A stretch of DNA of 62,664 nucleotides, filler included, from Platydemus manokwari (lineage: Eukaryota), in assembly GCA_037951405.1 (NCBI GenBank). It is 5 parts of 5 records of this genome, joined end to end, with 100 filler letters (N's around TTAATTAATTAA, not from the genome) between each part and the next. Parts side by side here need not be neighbours in the genome. Positions count along the whole stretch, not along the records: positions 22,743 to 35,633 come from JBBMOY011922495.1; positions 35,734 to 51,966 come from JBBMOY011198098.1; 3 more parts are not named here. One strand, written 5' to 3'. The notes under the pieces were generated by a model, which saw only the letters and a program-made list of their open reading frames with translations, ran no database searches and was not told the origin of the DNA. A program made the translations under genes and the position numbers. This document shows, in pieces, positions 28,336-41,340 of the stretch (within the stretch, counting starts at the first letter, position 1; each line of letters starts with the position of its first letter).

Positions 28336-31300
28336 TTTATGTAAAAATCCATAGATCTTCTTATATTAAACCTATTGCCAACGATTTAACACCAATCAAA
28401 ATTCATCTAAGGGTACGCTTTTATTACGTAATTTTATAATTTATTAAAAGTGATTTTTGAAATACTTTGATTTTAATCTTAAATAGTTAATGATGTATTA
28501 AAATAATTTGCTTTATTAACATTACTAATAGAAAAAAATCATATTATTCGCGACGCTAAATTATATTTAATATCTAGTTTTCTACAATTTATAAAATGAA
28601 ACTTATCAATATCTTTGACATCTTTTAATTTTAAAATTATCTAACAATGTTTTGATTAATTATTATTTTAATCCCTTATGTAATTTTTAACATTTTAATT
28701 AAATCACTGTGGAAAATCAATTCGACTACTGAGAAACTGTGTGTCTTATCTTATTGACATCTTTAATAAATCAAAAACGTAATCGTGTTCATGAATAATC
28801 TTTTAATAATCACTTTAACAAATAATTTATGAACAAATCTTAACCACTATGTTTATTACCACTGATTTGAAAAATTTAATTTAAGAAAATAATTACTAGT
28901 ATTGAAATACCATGAAAATAGAGAATCGTTACAAATTAATCAATTAGGTTCTGAAAACAAGGAAATTGACAACAATATAGTCTTCTAAGTAATTTCAAGC
29001 AATTTCATTTTTTATTAGTTTTCTTTGTACGTGAAAAGGTATTTCAATTGATATTGGTACATTAAAATTCAAGCCATATCTTTTCCTTTATCACATACGA
29101 TTTATTTCAAATAGATTGATAACATCCATTTATCATCAACAATTTATTTGTGGATAAGTACTGATTTACAATTTTTGGCTAAATTTAATTTTACATAAAA
29201 ACGATTTTGCATAGAATTATTTACTTTACTTAGCTCTTTCAATTAGAAGAAAATAATACACTTGGAAACAACTTGATTAAGTGACATTCCTTAAAACAAT
29301 TAAAATATTTATTTTTTTAAGGCTTGCCCATTTCGAAAACCAATAAGCTGGTAGTTAATATCCTTGTTACCATGTCGTTACTGATTGTTATATAATGAAA
29401 CTTTGGTAATTGATTTATTTGTAAAATAAGTTATCAACAAGTTATTAAAGGAATTCGCTTTATTTAAAATTTTAATGTAACATTTTTAATTTTGCTTCGA
29501 AAATTAAAATTTTATCTAATTACTAAAAATCTGTTTAACGATTTTATACCAATTGGAAATCGTAAAACATTTAACTTAACTAAAAGTTTATGGAAATCTA
29601 TGAAGTTTCGAGAATTTTTATAAAAATAAACTTCGTTTTACAAAAAATTACCCGAAATATTTTTTGTGTTTTGAATTTCAAAGATTATTAAATTCAAAAT
29701 TGGTAATAGTACCGTGATGGTAATTGTAATGTTGGGTTGAAGGTTATTTTAGAATTATGTGTTATGATAAAATTGGCGAGATTTGGTTGGCCGGTTAATA
29801 ATTTTTAGTAGATCGGCCTCGATATATAACAAATGTGTAAAACTTTAAGACGTTTAGAGTTTTCTGGTAAATTAATATTATAGTGATAATTATAATTAAC
29901 AAAACACAAATGTGGTCTCATCAATCGAGATCAGCTGCTTCTCCAAGAATTCCTTTGTTTTTACGTTCTGGTCATTGACGTTTCTACTGATTTTTTCTCG
30001 AATATTGTTCATTTGATTTTTGTTTTATGGGCTTTCATGCCAATCGCCAAGTCTTCATCACTGAGCACAGAGGTGGCTTTTATTTGATTGGCAACCTTAA
30101 CCAATGTTCTGATAGTATCTCCTCAATACTTTTCCGACTGCTCGTGTTCAGCCTTGAAACTCTTCTCTGTCTTGAGTTGAAAAAATGTCGGCTATACCTA
30201 TGTCGCGATTCCGTCAGTTCTAAATAATATTGGTTCTTGTATAAACTTACACTAGCTTCAACTTACATCTGAAATTTCCTACCAAAAAGAAAATTAAAAA
30301 ATCGTCCAAATGATTATTATCTAAGTTTTGATAATCAAAGTTCATTATTCATGATAACGATAATATTAATTGTTTACAGATTTGTGCTATTTTGAAACCC
30401 TATCAATATAATATATTCTTATGGCACAACACTGAAATCATTACAGATGGTGCCTAAATTTAAATAACATTTAAAATTAAATATTTTTACTTTATCAATC
30501 CTCTGATAGTAAAACAATGTGCTGAGAACCTGCTCCAGTATTAAATCTGAACGCGGAAAATCCTATCAATGTCATAGCAATCAAATCAGACAACCAAAAA
30601 GATTGCAATTCAAAAACTGTAACAAACAAACTAACCGTCGATTATTTGTGTTCAGTGATATTGATATGCAATACATTTTAAGTATTAATAGATATTGACA
30701 TCGATATTATATTGTGAAATAATATGTAAGACAATCTTTAATCTTTCAGTCTTAATCTTGCTATTCTTTCACTATACGTGAACGGTGATGGAAAAATAAA
30801 TAAAAATTGTAGAAATAAATTGATAATAAATAACAGACGTAATAAAAATTCGGAAGAAAAAGCATTATGATTCAATAATAAAATAATAATAAGCAATAAT
30901 TAATTAAAATAAAATTACCAATAAAGATAAGCAATTGATAAAATAGAAAATAAACCAATCACTAATCTCACACGAAAATCCTTCGTTTACCTATACTAAT
31001 CATTTTAGTCAGTACTACAGCGAATCAATGAAGCTTTCATAACAGCATAATCAAAAGCTATCGATACATAGTTTATGTTGTAATAATTCAGTTTGATAGT
31101 AAATAATTGATTTATCGTTTGTGTTTAAAGTATAAATAACAATGAGAAATAAATTCGAAACACTGTCTCCCTTCTTCTCCTGCTGAACAGTGCATTATAG
31201 ATACCAAACATATAATCTATGCATTGCATTTTTGATTATTTTTATGAACATTTCTGCATTATATCAATAAATATTTTTAATTCCCAAACTTCTATTTCAT

Positions 31301-31859
31301 ATGTCAAGTATTTTTAGGATGTATTTATATTCGTTAACAACGACCAGGTTGGAAAAAGAATTGTTGCATTAAATATTAAATTTAGCTGGTTATAACTTGT
31401 GTATTAATGAACTACTTGTGATATTATCATTAATCAAGCAAAGGGCGCATTTTCATTAATTAAAATTAATCATTAGTTAAGATAAAAACAACTTTTTCAT
31501 TAATCAAAAGTAAAGCAAAACCAAGAATAAAGAAAAGTCCTTTAATGTGTCAAAATGTATATCCTAATTAAATTATTGTTACAGCCGTGGTGCATAGTTC
31601 TTAATGAAAGTAGTGATAACTAAAAATAATTTTAAAAAATTTATAAAAAGGTAAATAATTCCTTACTAAATAATCACTGCATTTAAATATAAAATAATTA
31701 ATGTAAAATACAAAAATAATAACCTTTACACAAAAATTATTGAGTATATATAGCTAATAATGGTACAAGAAGTAAACATATACTCAAAAATTAATATAAT
31801 AACTAAAACAAAGCTATGTTATTTCGAGATTTAAGCAAGAAAATTATGTAACTTGGTAT

Positions 31860-33330
31860 AAAGGTAATTATCGTCATATTGGTTAAAGTTTTACCACTAG
31901 GTATTTGTTCGGGAATCGTGTCATCTTTTGACAAATTTATCCGAGGGGTTTGGCAGTCTGTACTAATTTGAAATTGTGATTCTAGAGTTACATAAATAAA
32001 AATTTAAGTCAGTAGGTAGATTTCTCAGTTTTAAACTGTTTGGTATAAACCCGACTCTAAACAATATAATGAGAGTAAAATGTAATTTTTAACGATGACC
32101 AATAAACCAAAAAATAAATAAAAACGCAATAAAAGAATTTATTAAGTCAAAAAAATAGATCACAAATTAAGAAAAACCTTAAAATATAAAGAGGTAATAA
32201 ATAGAAAGAAAAGTCGTATAATTAAATTATTTTAAAAAATATAAATAATACTCACAAAGAAAAATAAACAATATATAAAGTGATTGATAAACAGAACACC
32301 AAAAATTAATTTCCTACTTGATATTTCTATAATTTATTTATTGATTTCATTTTGAAACGTCGCATTTCCAAAAAAATTTTAAAAACGCAACATTTATTGC
32401 CCGAATCTAGCACACATACGGAAAAATGCCATTTATTCTGTAGAGATAATTTGTAACAAAAAAAGAAATACCATGCAATCATTTTTGGAATGTTTTACAA
32501 ACGATTGTTTCAAATTCCTCCTAAACAAATATAAAAAGTAAATTTTCCTATTGCACTTTTAAAAATGTTAAATCTTATTATAAATGTTAATGTTTCATTT
32601 AATAACTCATTTGGATTGGACCCTGTCTAACTAAAAATTTAACCTATTCTTAAAATAAATCTAAATTAATCGACAGCACGTGTTGCTGTAACATTAGACC
32701 CAACCATTATTAAGCATGCATTGGTAAATCCGTAAGTATAGAAGTCGAACATAAAATAAACTTACTTGATTAATTAACTTCTGATTATTACTTGTGTTCT
32801 AATAATGTTTAGTCATTTATTTACTTACTATTGTATTTATCATATTTTGTAGAAATTGTTCTTGAAAAATATATTTTATTATTATTGTCTATTTATTATT
32901 TTATTTGTGTCTAAACTATATTGTTGTTGTTTTAAAACATTTTTTGTTTTTTTAATTTTAATATAATTTTTGTATATTTTAATTTTTGGGTACTTAATTC
33001 TTTTTAATTTCAAATTTATATATTTTTTGTATACTTTTTATATTTTTACCTATTTATTGATGTTTAAATTTATGTTTTCATATTGTAGTCTAAAATTTTT
33101 TAATTTTTTATATTTGTTTTCTGTATTAAATTGTCTTTAAATTTTTAAATTTTAATACCTTTGCCTCCTATATTATTGTGTTATTCATTATGGTTAGATT
33201 GGATTCCACATAAGTCGGATAAAACAATTAACTGAGTACATAATTAGTAGCAAATTTGACAATATGTACAGACATTTCCGATAGCTTGTCACTTTGCAAA
33301 TTAACGACTTCATTCACAGAGCGAACTATT
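31860..33330. repeat. Degenerate inverted repeat pair (about 31860-32300 vs 32930-33330)
   Basis: The reverse complement of the left arm (agtcgg..aaacagtttaaaactgag..gtacagac..gataaatttgtca) matches the right arm in order (agtcgg..aaacaatttaactgag..gtacagac..gatagcttgtca). An A-rich block is mirrored by a T-rich block. Confidence 0.5.
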
Positions 33331-34122
33331 GGTGAAATTTAGTGAATTTTAAGTGTTATTATGACTTCCAATCGTTGTTTAAATATTCATTGTTCTAACA
33401 GTGTTTATCTACCAAAAAATTAGTTTAATAAGTTACGAATTCGGCTCCAAATCAAAAGCAAAAATAGAAATATAAAAAATGAATTCGCCTTCACTTTGGA
33501 TACTACTTATAATCTGTTAAGGGTTATACAAAACATTTTCAATATAAATTTTAGAAAATAATCTTCAACTGCAAATAAATTATAATTCAAATGTTTGCTT
33601 TTGGAATTTTTTTCAGTCAAACAATAGTTTTAATAACTTATAATTTGTAATTATTCAAATTCATTATTTAGGAACAACCTATTTTTCCATATTTTAATGT
33701 TCTTGTATCTGATTTATTTCGTCTTGTTGACTCTGAGACCATGTTTATTCATAGCGAGTAAATAATAAGAGAAATAAAAATAGGACAAAGAATGAAAAGT
33801 TTATGAACGATGTTAGAACGGAATATGAATTTAAATAATAGCAAAAAAATTACAAAAATTCTTTCTATAATTAAGATTGTAACTATTCTTAAACTTTATA
33901 TTATAAAACTTCAAAATTATTTCTAAAAATATCACGAGACTTCCAAAAAGTGACATTTAATGTAATATCTTAAGACTCTATAAAACTTTTAAAACATCTT
34001 TTCTAAATTTAAGGTATGCTCGGTGTTTAAATAATTACGGTATTTTTCTGTTATTTTGAATTGACTGTCTTCAAAAAGTTCTCACTTTAAAATTATTCAC
34101 CTTTTTACTTTGAGATAATGAA

Positions 34123-34793
34123 ATGGAAAATCATCAAGATATTAAACATGTAATTATAAAGAATTTGCATCAAGCTGTTAAATCATGTCAAAGTGAATTT
34201 GTTAACAAGATTGAAGTAGCTACTGAATCAAATCTCAAGCAAGATTTAATAATATTAAAAGCTTTAGCACAAATATTTGTTACAGAGTTATACAATTGTG
34301 TAAAGAATGGGAAGTAGTGTTCTTTCATGGCATTAAAAGAAAATCTAATAAAAGTCTATTTTCTTTGAAGTATTAAATTTACGGCTTCAATTCCTTAAAT
34401 TGTTTTCGATTAAGATATAGTAATTTAAGTGAAATTCCGAATAACTTTATTCATCAAATTAAACCATTAAACAGTCAAAACATTTATTCGTTTTGGACGT
34501 TTATTTGTGAATTCTTGGAATCGGATGATGTTATACGATTTACAGATACCTTGGACAAAATTGATACAGACATCGGTCGGTGTCGAGCATGGCTTAGATC
34601 GGCCATTAATGAGCAAATGTTGGAACCATTTTTGGTGAAGGTTGTATCAATCAATGGCCAGACCATTGCACGGTTGGGAAGAAATGCATTCAATTTGATA
34701 ATTAATGGCTTGTGTTTTTTAGGAAATATTATGAAAACCATGCTATTTTATTGGATGGAGAAGAAAATGCTGTCCTACCTAATTTAGCAGCAG
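34123..34793 (+). CDS. SNX29: RUN-domain protein, SNX29/RUNDC2-like, 5' part; remainder not found before the contig end
   Basis: Exons 34123-34238, 34286-34369, 34415-34672, 34723-34793. Motifs AVKSCQSEF..VATES..VIQLCKEWEVVFFHGIKR, FWTFI, TDIGRCRAWLRSAINE and YYE..LLDGEENAVLPNLAAG fit the SNX29/PLEKHM1-type RUN domain. AVKxCQxxF and LPxxAAG favour SNX29. Confidence 0.8.
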
Positions 34794-35079
34794 GTGGTTT
34801 TATTATTTTATTACTTTTATCGTTGAAACTATGATTATCCCACATTTATTTTTATTATTTATTATATTATTTTAATCTAAATTATTATTAGTCATTATTA
34901 TTACTGGTGTTGGATTGTTTTAATGTTATTGTAATGCTACGAGGCTCAATTGACAACCCAAGACTAATGGATTGACATTTAATACATGGTATAACTTACA
35001 AGTCTAGTTATTATTAATAATTATTATTATTGATAATTGTCATCATTGTTAATTATTATTATTTATAATTCGGAGGGAT

Positions 35080-35470
35080 ACATTAATTTTGAATTCGTAG
35101 CAACATTACCCACGGCCAAGATTTCGAATCATTAAACTTATTGAGGGTTGTTATTGTTATTAATCAGCTAGTCTTCACAACAATTATAATTATTCTTATT
35201 ATATTATTTTTAATTTTTTTTCAGTATTTATTGTTATTATTTATTTTATTGTTTTTCTTTAATTTTTTTATTAATTTTTATTAAATTTTTATATAATTAT
35301 TACTATTACTATATTATTATTGTAATAAATATATTAATTTTGAATTCATAGCAAGATTTTGAATCATTAAACTTATTAAGGGTTGTCATTATTATTAATC
35401 AGCCAGTCCTCACAACAATTATAATTATTTATTATTATTTTAAGATTTTTTCGGTATTTATTGTTATTTT
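35080..35470. repeat. Local direct duplication (about 35080-35240 vs 35331-35470)
   Basis: Shared attaattttgaattc.tagcaa..gaatcattaaacttatt.agggttgt..attaatcagc.agtc.tcacaacaattataattatt. Confidence 0.85.
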
Positions 35471-35633
35471 TTTAACCAATTTTTATATTTTACTTGTATT
35501 TTTATTTATTAAGTGTAAGCCGCTACTGTTTTATAAAAAACGCATCGAAAACGAACTGAAAAGACTCGAAATTCAATTCTATTCAAAGACAATTATTTAA
35601 CCAAAATCAATAAATTTCAATATCACATAAAAT

Positions 35634-35733
35634 NNNNNNNNNNNNNNNNNNNNNNNNNNNNNNNNNNNNNNNNNNNNTTAATTAATTAANNNNNNNNNNN
35701 NNNNNNNNNNNNNNNNNNNNNNNNNNNNNNNNN
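35634..35733. other. Artificial contig spacer N44-TTAATTAATTAA-N44
   Basis: Identical 100-nt spacer. Confidence 0.97.
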
Positions 35734-37620
35734 TGGTAATTTTGATAGTTGATTGGCTGATATAAGTGGGCATATTTTGGTATTGAATAGTTTGGTACAT
35801 TCGATGCACCTGCACTTGATATATTGTAGAGCACTGAATGCGGTATTGAATTCAGTGTTCCTTGATGTACTTTTGATGATGATGCAATAGGTTTCTTTAA
35901 ATGGATAAGTGATTTTTTAAAGATTCCAAGTGATTTAAATCTTCTGTACTTGGATGAACATTGTTCGCATTTGCAGAGCAGTTGGTCCACCATAGAATTT
36001 ATTTTTTATGTTTGCGATATATTTTGTGCTTCTAAGTGCATTTTCCTTTTTTTGAAGGCAAAACTGATTTGAGCTTTCCCTTTTCAGATTGGAGCAATCA
36101 TTACATTGGCAAGAAAAGAATCCAATGTAATTTATGAGTCTTGAGAACAGGCTTAAGTTTGTTCCTGTTTTTATGTATTTGATGACTTTACATGTGATGG
36201 TGACGTTTAGATTTGCCTGGTCGAGTGGATTGTCCTGTTGGTTTGTGTGCTTTGGTAATTGGGCATGGTTGAGCATATTTTGAAATTTTGGCCTTTGTTT
36301 AGCATGGTCGATTGGTTTATACTCTTGGTTGTTTGTAGTTTGTGTGGATTTGCTCAGTAAGACCTTTGTCTGTTTCGGGTTTTTATAGATTCGTTGTGGT
36401 TGTCTGCACGCATTTTTAGGCTTCTTATCCCAAGTTTGTTTTGCCTGGATGTCTTTGTTTACAATAAAATATTTGGGCACATTTTCGAGGTTCTTTTGAA
36501 AAATATCTCCTTGTGTTGAATTTGAGTTGATTCGATTCATTCTGGTCATAATGAGCCGGTACTCCATCAGCCTTGTTCTGAGAGTTGCTTTCCAGATGCA
36601 ACAAATTTTGCTCTAAATGGTACAGGCAATTCCGGATTTGCCTAAACTTCTCTCCAAAGTGATACTTAGTCCAGCTAGCATAGTCAACCTATTCCATTTT
36701 CGTTCTCGGGAGTGCTTCTATGTTTTTCTCCGTGTTGACTAGCCTTTACATTGAAATCGGAAATTGCATCATAACTAGTTGGAACCGAAGGGCATTGACT
36801 AATTGAAATTACATCATTTAATTGGTGTTGAGATTGAAATTGCATAGTTGTGCAATATTTTCTTGCTTGAAATTTAGTTGGTTTCATAACGTGGGACCTC
36901 ATTCAGACAAAGTATCGCAAGGTAACGCAATAACCTTTTTCATTACTGTTAAGAGTTCTAAAAGAATAGGCTTCTACTCTCTCTTTTCAAGTGTCACCCA
37001 TCTGACTTAGAACGCCACCAATCCTCCGAAACTAGTGTCGGTATCTAAAATCATCTCTTTGTTTGGGTCCGGAAAGGTCAAAATTAGAGATATGCATAAC
37101 TGTTCCATTAGGTTTTCAAAACGTTCCTCACATTCTGTACTCCACTCCAATTTCTTGTCACTTCCGGTCATCATCACATACAACGGAGCTGTAATTAATG
37201 GGTAATCTTTGATAAATTGTCTATAATAATTGGATTATCCCACGAACGACTTCTACGGGGTTATGCAACCGGGTTTAATGGCTACCTTAATCTTCTTTGC
37301 TTTGTCGTTATTAGTTTCTATACCATCTGCACTAACCGTATGACCAAGGAAATTCAATTTTCTAGTGCCAAAATCACATTTTCGGGATCGATTTTCAAAC
37401 CTGGTGATTTAATCAACCCTCCATACACGATTGTAAATCAAGTCCTTGTATATAGTATTCATTAGACCCTGAAACGTTGCTGGTGCTGGAACCACAATCC
37501 CTTGCTTCACTTTCAGTTTGAATATCGGCTTCATCTTCTTCGTCGTAGATGCAAAGTACTCTCCTCGAACTATTGTAATTAGGCTATCTAGGTAAATGAC
37601 ATTTTCAGAACTAATGTCCT
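35734..37620 (-). mobile_element. Ty3/Gypsy pol pseudogene (RT - RNase H - integrase)
   Basis: Minus-strand fragments APATFQGLMNTIY, GLKIDPENV and FVG*SNYYRQFIKDYPLITAPLY..EWSTECEERFENL..ILTFPDPNKEMILDTD are the classic Gypsy RT thumb and RNase H start. GC is raised and there are stops and frameshifts. Confidence 0.88.
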
Positions 37621-38165
37621 TTTTTCCGCATATTAAACATTGATGTATTGTTAAAAATTAAGTGATTGTTTGGTAGTGATAGGTAATTACGGTGAAATGG
37701 GAGAACGTTTATTTTTATGCTGATGCGTAGTTGTGAACGCTTATCGAAAGGTTGACTTATCTAAAACAAAAGGAAATATAAAATCCGATTTAGAATATTA
37801 AATAAATTTTAGGTAGTTATTAGGTTGAGATTCTTAGATATTAAATGATATCAAAACCCTATATAAGTTAATTATATCAATTAGTAAATTAGTTGGAATC
37901 AGAATTCAAGCTAAGGGCTTAACATATTCTCTACACATTTAATAACATATTCTTTTCCTGTACATATTTGGCAGGAACTTTTATTAACTCCCAAATCAAA
38001 ACTAATATCATAATTATTCACACAGATCTGCCTCCGGGTTATCTATATTGTATTAATCGATATTTGATATATTTTCTGATGTTTTATAATAAGAACATTA
38101 GAGAAACACCAATTTATTTCAATTTAACCATTACATCACCAAATGAATGTTAAATATATTGATCA

Positions 38166-41100
38166 TCATCGAATAGTAAATGATGAATACACAATTCGAT
38201 TATTGATTGGCATTATCGGACGAAAGTTGTTTAATATCGGTCCAGAGAAGGGTAAATCAAACTGAAGAGTTCGAAACTTTTTCAACTAAAATATTAAAAA
38301 TCAAATATTATTATCACGAATTATTATAAACTAGACAATGGCGTAAGGAAAGATTAATTAACCTGGATAATTATTCCATGAATCCTATCTTAATATTTCC
38401 ATTCATTATTCAAATAAAGTATATGTATTTATCTTCAACAAATATGATATAACCCATACATTGTTTCAGGGGTAATGCATATCAAATCGAGGCTTTGTTT
38501 CATTCAGCATATATTTGTGACATTCAGAGATTCTTCTTTGATAAGAAGTATTAATAATGGCCTTACACAGTCGATTTGATGTAAATGTAAAGTGAAATAT
38601 AATCAGGAATAGATATGATCCAGGTAAGGAAATCAATGATCCTTATTTGGTGTTCGTTGATGTCATTTGATATATTTGAAAATCCTCAAATTATTTTGAC
38701 ACAAGAAAATATTCAAGAGAATAATGTCTGCCATTCTCAAGATTACTGTGTGCATTTTAAAAGATTTTATAGATACATTGTTTGAATATTATTATTAAAT
38801 ATACTTTTATGGTTGACTTTCTTAAATTCATTTATAATTCTTATTTTTAAAGAAAGGGTAGCAGAAGAAAATGAAATTATTGTTCTGTTTTCAATACCTA
38901 TTCCATTGATGTTGATTTATAATAACAACACAATGACAATAATGATTGTCAGCGATATGATTATGTGAAACCAAAATGCATCACAGTAAGACTTTGTGTA
39001 GAAGCAATGAATGGCAGTGAGGATGACAAAGTGTTTGTGTGCTTGAATCTACCGATGAAGACTAACATCACTGATTTTTCCGATTTAGTATTTCATAACG
39101 GTAATGTGTTTAATAGAGAATCGAATCTACCTTTCTGATTCAAGCACATTGTCAATCAATTAAAGATCATTACAACTTCCAGACAACCTTCACAATATTA
39201 GCAATAAACAGTAATAACACTACATAATAATGAGAATAATAATAAATTCAAACCCGAGCAAATATATCGGTGGCAATAAATTATTATCAAAACACAACAA
39301 ATCACCTGAAATCGTCCAATGGTCGATATCTCATTCATAACTGTCCAAATCACGTTTTCTGCAAATGGTGGTGTTGTCAATGAGCCTCCATAACGATAGT
39401 ATTTATTGCGATTTGCTGGTAAAAAGACTGATGGTTGTATTTCGTTAATCAATTGACTGCGAAATGTTGCAAAATTTTTATGGGTTCTCATAAAAATGTC
39501 TATCGGTTTGCTATTTGTACCCAGCTGGAAAAAACATGAATAATATAATAATAAAATAATAATTATTATAATTATATCATATGATTATATGAAATAATAT
39601 ATGTTTAAAAATAATCAATAATAACTATAACGAGCTGGTAGTTCTTATTAAAATTTATAAATTCCTTCAGTATTTCATCACACAGCTAATAATATAGACA
39701 TAATAAAATTGTTTGAGAATAAAATAATATCGATAAAATTCTCAGTAAATTGAAAGTATTACTTTATATAATATCCCAATGACATGGATACCATTTGGAC
39801 TAACCAAGGCAGTTTTGGAAGAATTATATAATTCACAATTGTAAGACACCAAATGACCCTGGAAAAATAAAACAAATATTAGAGAGAAATATGTTTAATT
39901 AACAGACCTCGGATGCGAATGATCTACCGTTTATTCTGTGCTCAGATCCTATCAATTCATTTGATCCCCAATGCCAGTGAATCGACATCGGTCTCAAACA
40001 TCCTTTACCGCCAAATGTTATTTTCCATCTATTGTTGAACTCTAATTTTACTGAAAATAATATCAAAAGATCTTAATAGTCATGTTTATGTATATATGTA
40101 TATACTAGAATTCTCTTCTTTTGATAGTTTGACCTTTCCAGTTGGTCCTGAAATCCTTGTCACTTTTATTGGACCCAAACTCGATAAATATCGGACAGCT
40201 TTAGTCCGGATATCGATAGGTGATTGGCGGTTTCCAAAATATAACCTCAGAAAGACAAAAAATCTGAAGAATAAATAATAAATTTAAAAAAATATATTTG
40301 AAGTAAAATCATTAGTTGCTCTTCTATCAAAACTCTACTTAACTAGTTATTTGAAGTATGGAAGATGGCGACTATTTCTTTTACTTCATTCTCATATCAT
40401 ATAATTTTAACTCATTGGCGGACAGTAGAAAGAAATGAAGTTTGAAATTGACGGTTATAGACGCAAGTGTCCGTCAACGTGTTAACTAGTCATTGTGTTT
40501 TTAATGATGATTTCGACCGTGATGACAGAAACCTTCTACAACATTAGAATCATATTAATACCAAAACGGTATGTAATATCATATTCCCGCATTTCTTAAA
40601 GAGCCTTTATAAAACAGGATTAAATAAAGCTGCCATAAAATAAAAGATCAAAGTTATGAAGTCGGGATAATTAATTGTTAATCACGGCTTAACCATTTGA
40701 TGAGAAAATTTTTTGTAAAACCTAGCTAGGCAATAACTCGTCAAATATTTTATTAATGATTGATCATGATAATTTACTTTACATGATAATTTAATTTACA
40801 CAATATATTCCTCATATAATAACCTCGAATAATGTTATAATTAACATTGATATAACAATATCTCCAAAGACTTTGTAAATCAATATTCCATTGATATATT
40901 CACAAGTTTATTAATAGGCTATTCTTGCTACAATTTAAACACAACGTGCGCGATAACAAATAATTAAATCAATACAAATTTTTACAATGCCAATTAATAT
41001 TTAAAGAGGTACGTGCGTCACTCATGTTAGAGTAAAATCAAATATCATGCATGTAATTTCTTCAATACATTATCTTTTTAAAATATCAATCGACAATATG

Positions 41101-41340
41101 ACAACAATTGACTGATGATTTGACAATATTCATCAAAATATCGACTACTTACGTTCCTGACATACGTTTCCAATTCGAAAGACCTTTTATGGATTTGTGT
41201 CCTGAATCTGTTTGCTCTAAATATAAAAAAACCTAATCAACTCCATGATAATTACAAGACTCACTTTTAGCGAAACAGAAATTATGAAATGTTGAGATAA
41301 TAATAACAAAAGACAAAATAAAGACAAAGAATTTGCTCAT
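38166..41340 (-). CDS. Secreted alpha-carbonic anhydrase, 7 exons, about 285 aa
   Basis: Exons 41340-41265, 41216-41153, 40245(or 40263)-40106, 40050-39908, 39858-39763, 39524-39306, 38285-38166. Signal peptide MSKFFVFILSFVIIISTFHNFCFA. Motifs QSPIDI, HWHWG..GSEH, EGHLV (three Zn histidines), YYRYGGSLTTPP, NNFRP. Confidence 0.93.
40411..40481. mobile_element. 71-nt piggyBac-type MITE, copy 1 (in carbonic anhydrase intron 2)
   Basis: TTAA on both sides (40407-40410, 40482-40485) with imperfect 14-nt TIRs CTCATTGGCGGACA / TGTCCGTCAACGTG. A closely similar copy is at 60932-61002. Confidence 0.85.

Noticed and set aside
29900-30270. Less AT-rich patch with broken minus-strand frames
   Set aside because: Possibly a gag-like relic, but there is no diagnostic motif.
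35935-36567. 210-aa ORF as a host gene
   Set aside because: It lies inside the frameshifted Gypsy pol relic.
38262-38285. Hammerhead-like CTGAAGA..GAAA core (similar words at about 28290 and 50550 on the minus strand)
   Set aside because: No supporting stems. Two of the three lie within protein-coding exons.
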